From: a virus
DNA length: 43,626 bases
IMG/VR virus record: IMGVR_UViG_3300050133_000045
Span: 1 to 43,626 of that record
Direction: 5' to 3' (one strand)
Within the stretch, counting starts at the first letter, position 1; each line of letters opens with the position of its first letter. This document shows, one piece after another, positions 24,869 to 32,535 of the stretch. A model generated the notes under the pieces. That model was not told the DNA's origin. It worked only from the letters and a program-made list of their open reading frames with translations, and made no database searches. Both the position numbers and the translations under genes were made by a program.

Positions 24869-27059
24869 TCTGAGAACCTCCTTTAAGCATTTCTTCAAGT
24901 ATTTCGGGGTGTTGCTGTAAATGTTGCAATTCCTCCGGCTTAAGGTGAACATGTGCATTGCTAAGAATATCATTGAGTTCCTGTGCAATCTGTGGGTCTA
25001 TCTGCTGCATCTGCGGTTGTCCCTGCGGAGGTTGAGGGTTAGTAACATTCACAGGGTCGGTAACTATGCCGCTTGTGGGAGCTCCTCCTTGCAATTGCGC
25101 CCATGGCACGTTCTGGCTGTCTGCCGCAGGCGGTGTCTGCAACTGTAAACCGACTTTGGCAGCCTCTTGAACTTTGCCTTCTGGCGGCAAGTCCTTGAAC
25201 GCCATTGTAACTTTCGGAATACCAACAGGCATATTCTTGAAGTAGCTTTCAATATAGTCCTTGATTTCCCTACGTGTCGGCAAGTTCATGAGATCAATCC
25301 ACGCCTCAACCAGTTTGTAATTCTCCAAATTGATAGGTGTTTGCATCAACTGCTGAAGCATCTGGACTGTGAACGCTTTAGATTTTGTGAGACTGTCACT
25401 TGCCGTGACATAAGCGTCAACACGTGGGAAATAGGTTTCGATTTGCGGGTTTTTTTCATCCCCTACGTTTTTCTTATTTGCAAGGTTGTCTGAACTGTAA
25501 TGAAATATGATAGGCCCGGTGTTGGGGTCAAGGTTTTTGGGCATCGGTGGAATTGGCTGACCCGCTTGTTTAGCTTCGTTTACTTTCATCTGGTAATCCT
25601 GAGAGAATTTTTGTTTCAATCCCCCATCGGTGGCATTGATGAATATTAGACGGTTATCGTCGTAAAATTCAAGTGCTGACCAATCAACCAACTCGTAAAG
25701 TCTTTCAAAACCCGATATGCGGTCTGCTTTTTTAATATCCTTACGGCTGTCAGCCCTCTCATTGAGTTGGGCTATGCCCGAAGCGGTTACTACTCTGTTT
25801 GGTTCAACGCCCATTGAAGTATCAAAGTTTCCAATTGTCTTTTCAATTTGACTTTGCAGGAATGTGATTGAACCTTCACGGCTTGCGACTGCGTTCAGAC
25901 CTCCAACACGCTTAATCCCACCCGATCTGTTCTGCTTGGCGTGAATGATTGCGCCGGGGGCGTTGTTGAGTGTTTCTCCATCTGCAAGCGCGCCCTCTTC
26001 GACTATAACCATGTCGTTTGAGGTGTAAGCCGCATTCACAAGGCCATACGCCATTTCTCTGTCTGCTGCATCTGTGAGATCAATTATGCTTTCGAGTTCG
26101 GACTTGTCCCAAAAATTATTCTCGTCAAGGATTTTCCCGTATTTCACGAATGGGAACAGTTTACATTGAACGTGGGTCTTGTCCCAATATCGGGGAATAA
26201 ATCTGATTTCCTGAGAATTTATAAGAATTGAACACGCAATATCTCCGTTATCATCTTTATACCAAAATTCTGTAATCTGCACCGTGTCGTCGCGAAAATC
26301 TTGAACGTGACTATTGTAAATTCGGGTGTCGGAATAATTGTAATCTCCGCCAAAATCATCAATCATCATTCCGAGTTTTTTGAGATCATCGGAATAAACA
26401 CGGGCGGCTAATCTTTTATGTAACCGATAAACGTAGAACACATATTCAGCGTCTGAAAGGTCATGAGCCGCAGGATCGGGGAAAATGTTTGAGGGGTCGA
26501 CATCTTTTATTACAATATCGCCCTGTTTCCCATCGGGAGAAACAATATACCAATCCCAGTACACTTTCCAAAACGCATCTCCGAGTTTATTTAATCGGCG
26601 CTCGTTCTGCGTGTTCTTATTTTCAATTTTGTTACGTTCAAGAATATATTTAACTACATATTCTCTCTGTTTTGCGCGGTAACTGTCAAGGTCATCATCC
26701 CTCCCGTTGAATTCAAAGTCCGGCACATCGGGTATAATCATAGCCTCAACGTGCATGAAAGGATCTTGAACACAAGCGGGGATGAATGGTATATCATTCT
26801 TTTTGTTTGATTCCGCAATTGATAACATTGTGTCGTGTTTGCCGTTGTAATAATTATCATATTTTTTCCACTTCGCCACCCACGGCAGACGCTCCATCCG
26901 CGCATAATCGTAAAGATATAAAGCAGTTGCCTCACGATTTTCGGAGGTAAAGAAGTTATAAAGTACTGATTTGTCAATGTTTACGCCCTGTTTAACAGCG
27001 GCGGTTACACGCTTTGCAATCTTTACGATTTTATTTTGCTTTTTAGGCTCTGCCATCAA
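24861..27059 (-). CDS. portal protein
   Basis: 732-aa ORF immediately downstream of terL, with overlapping stop and start. The call rests on position and size. Confidence 0.7.
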   Translation of the reverse strand: MMAEPKKQNKIVKIAKRVTAAVKQGVNIDKSVLYNFFTSENREATALYLYDYARMERLPWVAKWKKYDNYYNGKHDTMLSIAESNKKNDIPFIPACVQDPFMHVEAMIIPDVPDFEFNGRDDDLDSYRAKQREYVVKYILERNKIENKNTQNERRLNKLGDAFWKVYWDWYIVSPDGKQGDIVIKDVDPSNIFPDPAAHDLSDAEYVFYVYRLHKRLAARVYSDDLKKLGMMIDDFGGDYNYSDTRIYNSHVQDFRDDTVQITEFWYKDDNGDIACSILINSQEIRFIPRYWDKTHVQCKLFPFVKYGKILDENNFWDKSELESIIDLTDAADREMAYGLVNAAYTSNDMVIVEEGALADGETLNNAPGAIIHAKQNRSGGIKRVGGLNAVASREGSITFLQSQIEKTIGNFDTSMGVEPNRVVTASGIAQLNERADSRKDIKKADRISGFERLYELVDWSALEFYDDNRLIFINATDGGLKQKFSQDYQMKVNEAKQAGQPIPPMPKNLDPNTGPIIFHYSSDNLANKKNVGDEKNPQIETYFPRVDAYVTASDSLTKSKAFTVQMLQQLMQTPINLENYKLVEAWIDLMNLPTRREIKDYIESYFKNMPVGIPKVTMAFKDLPPEGKVQEAAKVGLQLQTPPAADSQNVPWAQLQGGAPTSGIVTDPVNVTNPQPPQGQPQMQQIDPQIAQELNDILSNAHVHLKPEELQHLQQHPEILEEMLKGGSQNG

Positions 27060-28579
27060 ATCACCACTTCCTCTTTAGGCCTTAACCTGTCGATTAATTT
27101 ACCTGTCTGATATATGGGGTCTACCTTGACCGTGAAGGACTGCTGATTGCGTATGTAGTAAGTTATACCCATCGACATTATGCAGTCATCATGCTCGTTG
27201 TCTGCGGCTTCTGGACGGCCCTTTTCATTTCGGATAAAAGTAAGCATTTCATTTAAGGTGTCAAGGTCGTTAAACTGATTTATGTTGTCGCGGACTTCCT
27301 CAACGAGAATTGCGATTATCTGAGGCCGAGTTTTCTTGTTTGTCTGAAACCCGTATGACTTCATGGGTTTATGGGTGTAGTTGTCCTCGGTTTCTCGCGT
27401 ATAAAGATTTGGATATTCAAGGCGTTCCAGTTCTTTTTGCGGATGTGTGGAGAAGTTTGTTTCCAGCCCTATCAAGGCTTTATTAAAATACATCCCTAAA
27501 CAATAAGTCTGTTTAGCGTACAAATCCTCGTCGAACTGCTGCCTCAACGCAACAACTTGATTGCCCGTGGTATTGTCTATAACCTGGTTGACAAAGAAGT
27601 CAGAACCCTCGCCCGAAGTATCGCCGCCAAGAACATACGGATAACCTTTTTTAACATCCTCATAAATCTTGACGCAGCCTGTCCGGTTTTCTACAAACTG
27701 TATAGAACTGTTAATTATGCGTTCCCGCACGTCTAACTCGTATTCAAAGTAACCTTGAAGTAAAGGCTTTTTGATTTGAAGAATACGCTCACTGATTTTC
27801 TGCTTATCAAAGATTGACGAACCATAAACGCCCCAATTCCCGAGGCAGTAGACATCGTAATAATAAGGGTCGGTATCTTTAAAGGCTTCAAGTGTTAATT
27901 TATCCTCGTCAGATAAAAATTTATTATCGTGATAAGTCGAACGGCAAATAGTGCAATACGCCTTGACAGCCCTGCCCTCGATCATTGCTTCCGAGTAAAG
28001 ATAGGTATTAGTTTTATCTCCGTTTGATTTATCGTAGAATTTCTTCTTCAGCCAATGCGTTATATTAACAGGATTGAAAGAAACAACAATTTGCTTGCTG
28101 CTTCTGCCGCCTCTAAGACGGACATCCAACTGGTCAAAATCGTATTCGCTGATCTGATTTGCTTCCTCTACCCATACATCTGTTAATTCACCGTTCGGAA
28201 ATGTTGTAGACTTTAAATTTTCAACATCATCAAGCCCTCGGAATATAATCTGATTGCCATTTTTCAAACAGGTAATTACATGGTCGCCCTCGTTGATTTT
28301 AAAGAAAGATTTTGATTGCCAACTGTTCATAATCTGCTTAAAAAGGTTAAAAGTTGTGGTCGTGTTATCTTTTGCCACCTGACGAACTACCATCAAATTC
28401 ATAGGTTTTTCGTTCATAATGCGCAATATGTAACGCTGAACTATAAAATGTGACTTCCCCGACGAGGCTCCCCCAAACAGTACCAAATACCTACTCTTAT
28501 TTTCCAACAACGGTTTATAAATATTGTTGAAGTTATTACTCTTAATAACTATGTTTGGAGCTTGAGCGGCTTGCATCAT
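27056..28579 (-). CDS. terL: terminase large subunit (PBSX/XtmB-like)
   Basis: 507 aa. Walker A: LVLFGGASSGKSHF. A C-terminal nuclease-like acidic motif is present (...GLETN..., ...NEHDDCIMS...). Confidence 0.9.
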   Translation of the reverse strand: MMQAAQAPNIVIKSNNFNNIYKPLLENKSRYLVLFGGASSGKSHFIVQRYILRIMNEKPMNLMVVRQVAKDNTTTTFNLFKQIMNSWQSKSFFKINEGDHVITCLKNGNQIIFRGLDDVENLKSTTFPNGELTDVWVEEANQISEYDFDQLDVRLRGGRSSKQIVVSFNPVNITHWLKKKFYDKSNGDKTNTYLYSEAMIEGRAVKAYCTICRSTYHDNKFLSDEDKLTLEAFKDTDPYYYDVYCLGNWGVYGSSIFDKQKISERILQIKKPLLQGYFEYELDVRERIINSSIQFVENRTGCVKIYEDVKKGYPYVLGGDTSGEGSDFFVNQVIDNTTGNQVVALRQQFDEDLYAKQTYCLGMYFNKALIGLETNFSTHPQKELERLEYPNLYTRETEDNYTHKPMKSYGFQTNKKTRPQIIAILVEEVRDNINQFNDLDTLNEMLTFIRNEKGRPEAADNEHDDCIMSMGITYYIRNQQSFTVKVDPIYQTGKLIDRLRPKEEVVI

Positions 28580-28680
28580 TTCACATCCTCTACCCCTAAG
28601 GGTTGGCAGTTTGCTCTAAGGCGAAAGATCTCTGCCAAACTTGCCTAAATTAGCGTGGTATGCCTCACGCGGATTTACAA

Positions 28681-28755
28681 TGGCTGAGAAGATAGGACTT
28701 GAACCTATAACCCCCAGAGTAACAATCTGGAGCTCTACCGTTGCGCTACTTCTCA
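28681..28755 (-). tRNA. tRNA-Asn (anticodon GTT), CCA encoded
   Basis: Hand-folded cloverleaf: TGAGAAG/CTTCTCA acceptor, D arm GCGC-AACGGTA-GAGC (one mismatch), anticodon arm CCAGA-TTGTTAC-TCTGG. Variable GGGTT, T arm ATAGG-TTCAAGT-CCTAT, discriminator G, CCA. Confidence 0.8.
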
Positions 28756-28787
28756 AAATAAAAAGGGTACAGCCGAAGCCATACCCC
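28756..28787 (-). terminator. hairpin plus T-tract (terminator or processing element) abutting the tRNA 5' end
   Basis: The minus strand has GGGTATGGC-TTCG-GCTGTACCC, a 9-bp stem with a UUCG loop. It is followed by TTTTTATTT. Confidence 0.6.
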
Positions 28788-28864
28788 ACTTACCGCATAT
28801 AGCGGTTTGATTGTGGAGGCTCCGTGTTCGGGAGCAGGCCACTTGAATATTAAATTGTGTTGCA

Positions 28865-29104
28865 TCATTTTTTTGTTTTTATTGATCTTCTTCTCAAATA
28901 TCCATGAAAGAATAGTTTGCAAGGGATTTTATGATTCGTTCCAAAATCATAAATAAACCCGTTGGATATCCATAAAAAGTGCGGAATTTTAGTCCACAGC
29001 AAATGGCGCTTTTCAATTTTGACGTTAGGATTTTTAATTTTAGCTTTAATGGCTTCAAACAGACAATTTGAATAAAAGTAATCACTCAGCACTTCTTCTG
29101 CCAT
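28865..29104 (-). CDS. hypothetical protein, 79 aa
   Basis: ORF with an AAGGGTAAAA RBS, located between the two tRNA-type genes. Confidence 0.5.
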   Translation of the reverse strand: MAEEVLSDYFYSNCLFEAIKAKIKNPNVKIEKRHLLWTKIPHFLWISNGFIYDFGTNHKIPCKLFFHGYLRRRSIKTKK

Positions 29105-29132
29105 ATTTATTTTACCCTTATCTATAAAATAA

Positions 29133-29246
29133 ACATGTGGGCAAGGATCGAACTTGCATATAGGAACACCACTATCCGCGACGAGTCGAACGTCTTTTCG
29201 GTGTGATTCCTCACCACTCCGGCGCTACCAATTACGCCACCACATG
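29133..29246 (-). ncRNA. 114-nt tRNA-like RNA with a non-canonical 63-nt anticodon region
   Basis: Acceptor CATGTGG/CCACATG, U8, D arm GCGT-AATTGGTA-GCGC, T arm GCAAG-TTCGATC-CTTGC, discriminator U, no CCA. The segment between the D and T arms is about 40 nt too long for a tRNA. Confidence 0.55.
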
Positions 29247-29263
29247 CGTATTTACTTGACTTG

Positions 29264-29458
29264 TTACCACTTAGAATTTATACACTCATTTTTAAGCCAT
29301 TCAATAACGTCAAACTCTGATAAATTATTGAACATTTCTTTAAATTCTCGGCACTCTTTCCTGTTATGACTAGGGTATTTGATTAGCATAAGCGTATCTT
29401 GTGCATCACCGAGTGAACCAAAATAATGTTCATAATTTGTCTCTCCTGGTGTTTTCAT
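29264..29458 (-). CDS. hypothetical protein, 64 aa
   Basis: RBS CAAGGAGGAAAA. The start overlaps the upstream stop (ATGA). Confidence 0.55.
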   Translation of the reverse strand: MKTPGETNYEHYFGSLGDAQDTLMLIKYPSHNRKECREFKEMFNNLSEFDVIEWLKNECINSKW

Positions 29459-29748
29459 TTTTCCTCCTTGAATATGTCGGGGTTGTCCTTGATGAATGCG
29501 TAAATAGCAGATTCCAACCTCGCTGTTCCATCTTCATCTATTTCCAAATGGTGCACAAATGAAAGCTGATGTATAACCTCATGGATAAAAGTGGACTCTT
29601 GAAGCTGATTTGAAATCGTTGAGTCGATTAAAATACTCTGACGGTTTCCGGAACTTGAACCTAACGCATCGTTATCCCTACAAAGAGTATCTGACGATGA
29701 CACATCATATATCAGACCGCCTATTTTTACTTTATCGGGTATGTTCAT
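29455..29748 (-). CDS. HExxH-motif protein, 97 aa (putative small metallopeptidase-like)
   Basis: ATG at 29748 follows a GGAGAA RBS. The sequence contains ...QESTFIHEVIHQLSFVHHLE... (HEVIH). Confidence 0.5.
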   Translation of the reverse strand: MNIPDKVKIGGLIYDVSSSDTLCRDNDALGSSSGNRQSILIDSTISNQLQESTFIHEVIHQLSFVHHLEIDEDGTARLESAIYAFIKDNPDIFKEEK

Positions 29749-29834
29749 ATATTCTCCAATCACTGTTTTTGAGATTTTAAAATTTGAAATGAGTTTTGAA
29801 TATTGATGCGGAAGTGTTTGGAAAAAGCGAAGGA

Positions 29835-29999
29835 CTATTTTATAGAATATATTATGTACCCGAGGAAATGCAACGGATGTGCAATGATGTATCTCATCCA
29901 GACACGCCACCGGCCTTTACAACGTATTGCGTAAACTGTTTGAGGAAATACTTTAGCAAGTTCTTCGGATGTGATATACCCATGTGTTGAGTACTCCAT
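29835..29999 (-). CDS. 54-aa HTH-like protein (Xis/AlpA-like; below the ORF-track cutoff)
   Basis: ATG at 29999 with a weak AAAGGGAA RBS. Translation: MEYSTHGYITSEELAKVFPQTVYAIRCKGRWRVWMRY... Confidence 0.35.
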   Translation of the reverse strand: MEYSTHGYITSEELAKVFPQTVYAIRCKGRWRVWMRYIIAHPLHFLGYIIYSIK

Positions 30000-30376
30000 G
30001 TCGAACATTCCCTTTCATTGGAAATTTGCAAAAACTAAAATGTAATATGTATTATGTGGACTATAATTAGTATTCGTTCGTCCTCGGTTTCCTTGCCCGG
30101 GGGCCTGATTGGTACGCCTGCGCCATCTCCATTGATGTGTTGCCATCAGTCTGTCTTGCCTCTATCAACCGATACATGGCAACTATTAATTACATAACAT
30201 GCATAGACAGGAGGGTTGCAATAGGTGGCAATATGCAAGTTACTTGTTATCTTATCAACCTGTACTATACAAAAGACTTGTTATGTATAATACACATTGG
30301 CTTAGGTAAGCCATCTATGACACTTGCAAGAATTTTGTTGATATATAAGGGCTTAAATCCGTGTACTGCGGACTGT

Positions 30377-30877
30377 CTATGCATCATCTTTGCTTGGCTC
30401 TTGCATATCATCAGAGGCATCTATAGTAATTGTGCCTTGTACTTGCATGTCTATCTTATCGGTGAGGAGACCATAACGTCTGGCGAGTAACTCCGCTGCT
30501 TTGACCTTATCACGAGCTGGTACACGCTTGGTGACGGTCTTTGCAGTGCTCTTGCCCTCACCTATACCCACCACAATAACAGCGTCCTCGTCCTCTGTAT
30601 CCCTCACGACGCTTGTTAAATAGCGCATTACCTCGTCTGCATCGGCTATTTTGCTATCACTGATAGATTTGAGACGGCTCTCTATATACGCATGGAGATA
30701 AATGTCTTTGAGCATTTTATTTGCTATAACTCCAGCTGTATGCGCGCTATATCCGCATTTAATCGCCGCTTGTGTAGCGTTGAGGTCTGGCTCTGCTAAA
30801 TATGTATCTGCAAACATCTGTTGCTTAACTGTGAGGTTATTATCGTTACGATGTAACTGCCCTGCTATCCTTGCCAT
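30377..30877 (-). CDS. terS: terminase small subunit (Terminase_2-like)
   Basis: 166 aa. LTVKQQMFADTYLAEPDLNATQAAIKCGYSAHTAGVIANKML matches the terS HTH signature. RBS GAGGAG. Confidence 0.85.
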   Translation of the reverse strand: MARIAGQLHRNDNNLTVKQQMFADTYLAEPDLNATQAAIKCGYSAHTAGVIANKMLKDIYLHAYIESRLKSISDSKIADADEVMRYLTSVVRDTEDEDAVIVVGIGEGKSTAKTVTKRVPARDKVKAAELLARRYGLLTDKIDMQVQGTITIDASDDMQEPSKDDA

Positions 30878-30891
30878 ACTCTCTCAGCTCC

Positions 30892-31518
30892 TCAATCTAT
30901 CTCACAATTATCATACGTGCCAGTATGCTTTGGTCTATCATCATATGTCAGTGTCCCGACTGCATCCTCAATAAATCCTCTAATATTAATCAGGCTGCCT
31001 GCAGGTGCGTCATGCATCCAATCTATGGCGTAGAGTGCAAATACTCTCGGTGTTATGCCTGCCTTGACGATCTGTCTTATCCCACGCTTAATCGACGTTA
31101 TCGGCTCACTCGGCATCAACCTATACATGCTCATATATTGATGTAACTCATCAAGGCATTGCTTGACCTGAGTGTTAATGATAAGGCTTGTATTGTTATT
31201 AGTGTGTAAAAATGACCCACTATTAATATTATCGGGGTTGTCGCTGACATCATAATCATATGCGGTCTTACCGTCTCGGCGTTGCTGGTCTCTGCGCTGA
31301 GCATATCCTGCATTGATTAACTCGTTGAGATATATCTGCGCTGTTTTGCGTGTGCATCCAAACCGCTTGGCTATCTGTGTAGCATATACATGCCAGCCGC
31401 TCGGTCTACTCATTAGATACGTTAATGCGGCCAACGCGTTGCTGCTCAGGTGCGCATCATTGATAGCCTGGTTGATTATCTGCGTATATGGTTGATCTGT
31501 GCCGCTCTTAACTATCAC
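30892..31518 (-). CDS. winged-helix DNA-binding protein (HTH_36-like), possible late regulator
   Basis: GTG start after a GAGGTGA RBS. Motif: LSSNALAALTYLMSRPSGWHVYATQIAKRFGCTRKTAQIYLNELINAGY. Confidence 0.55.
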   Translation of the reverse strand: MIVKSGTDQPYTQIINQAINDAHLSSNALAALTYLMSRPSGWHVYATQIAKRFGCTRKTAQIYLNELINAGYAQRRDQQRRDGKTAYDYDVSDNPDNINSGSFLHTNNNTSLIINTQVKQCLDELHQYMSMYRLMPSEPITSIKRGIRQIVKAGITPRVFALYAIDWMHDAPAGSLINIRGFIEDAVGTLTYDDRPKHTGTYDNCEID

Positions 31519-31777
31519 GTCATCACCTCAATACAACTCTCCGTTTATTATTAAATTATCTTATATACTAATTGTATCGTACGTAAGCGTTACACGCAAC
31601 ATAAATTATGTACGGCAACCCTAATTATTAACATAATATCGTCACAAACCCTGTATCTATGCGGGTTTCACAATTTTGTCCGATTGCGTTATATGCAACA
31701 CCACAATAAATATTTCACAACAATAATGAATATCTTTGTGCAATCATACAAAGTTATCAATTATTATCAATTGCCTA

Positions 31778-31806
31778 TTGCATTGTTTGCGGTGCAGTGA
31801 TAGTAT
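31778..31806 (+). promoter_or_regulatory. promoter of the plus-strand island
   Basis: TTGCAT-17-TAGTAT. Upstream lie a tandem TTATCAATT-a-TTATCAATT (31754..31772) and an inverted repeat CTTTGT-N8-ACAAAG (starting about 31734). Confidence 0.5.
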
Positions 31807-31837
31807 AAGTGCATCAACAAAAAAGGAGGTCAACACA

Positions 31838-32278
31838 ATGATAATCGCAATGGATAACGCACCGGCAAACGACAAAATCGAAGAGTTATTATGGACGATT
31901 GATGCAGTGCCAGAGGGACATCGCACATGGGACAGCGACATTATCGGCTATCATATCACAACAGTTGATAACATCAATAATATCAAGCAAAACGGTATAA
32001 AAGCTAATGCATCGCAACAAAAATATGCTCGCCCCGAATGCACATACATTTTTTTGGACAATGAGTTAAGTGATAAAAACATACCTGTCTTATTAGGCAA
32101 TGTTGATCAATTTGCAATTGTGTCTATTAAAATACCTAAAGAGGATATAACAAAATTACGTTTTGACGGATTATACAATATCAGTTTTAACTTTGCCTAT
32201 GGCGCAGCAATGTATTTTGATGACATCCCAACAGACTACATTACCGGCATAAAAATCTATGACAATAAGGAGGATTAA
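31838..32278 (+). CDS. hypothetical protein, 146 aa, with a YHIT..DN...I...G motif (possible ART/Tpt1-like fold)
   Basis: ATG at 31838 follows an AAAAGGAGG RBS. The sequence contains IIGYHITTVDNINNIKQNGIKAN....ECTYIFLDN. Confidence 0.5.
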   Translation: MIIAMDNAPANDKIEELLWTIDAVPEGHRTWDSDIIGYHITTVDNINNIKQNGIKANASQQKYARPECTYIFLDNELSDKNIPVLLGNVDQFAIVSIKIPKEDITKLRFDGLYNISFNFAYGAAMYFDDIPTDYITGIKIYDNKED

Positions 32279-32280
32279 CA

Positions 32281-32535
32281 ATGCGTAACTATTGCACTCA
32301 AAATAACGGAGATTGCTCCAGCTGCTCACTCGTTAATTATGGCCGAGATTGTCACAACAGCAGTATTATGATGGGGCTGAGAGAGTGGGCGGCTGAGACC
32401 GGCCACAGCGATACATCAGCGCGATCACTCATTAGGCGCGGTAAATTACCGCAAGCCATTATGCCAGGGACGGAATGGCTGGTGCCAGAGGGTACAGAGT
32501 GGCCGGAGGATAGGCGATATAAAAATGGGCAATAA
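32281..32535 (+). CDS. small Cys-rich plus HTH-like protein, 84 aa
   Basis: Starts 3 nt after the upstream stop. N-terminal C..NNGDCSSCSLVNYGRDC, C-terminal ...TSARSLIRRGKLPQAIMPGTEWLVP. Confidence 0.5.
   Translation: MRNYCTQNNGDCSSCSLVNYGRDCHNSSIMMGLREWAAETGHSDTSARSLIRRGKLPQAIMPGTEWLVPEGTEWPEDRRYKNGQ

Noticed and set aside
29133-29246. Group I intron, hammerhead or selenocysteine-tRNA explanations for the long tRNA-like RNA
   Set aside because: A ~41-nt insert is far too short for a group I intron. No CUGAUGA/GAAA hammerhead core is present. The D arm (4 bp with an 8-nt loop) and 7-bp acceptor do not match tRNA-Sec geometry, and no UCA loop is available.
30085-30145. Possible third tRNA suggested by GGCCTGATTGGTACGCC (a D-loop-like GG motif)
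   Set aside because: I could not build acceptor, anticodon or T arms around it. There is no TTCxA T-loop nearby.
8569-30312. The same palindrome arms GGCTTA-NN-TAAGCC at 8569..8582 (attP) and 30299..30312 (downstream of terS) as a shared protein-binding site
   Set aside because: There are only two short 6-bp-arm occurrences with different centres. Chance cannot be excluded without a genome-wide count.
30137-30490. 117-aa plus-strand ORF in the region downstream of terS
   Set aside because: There is no RBS, the composition is Cys/Ile/Leu/Tyr-rich and not protein-like, and it overlaps the terS 3' end antisense. I treat the region as non-coding (see finding).
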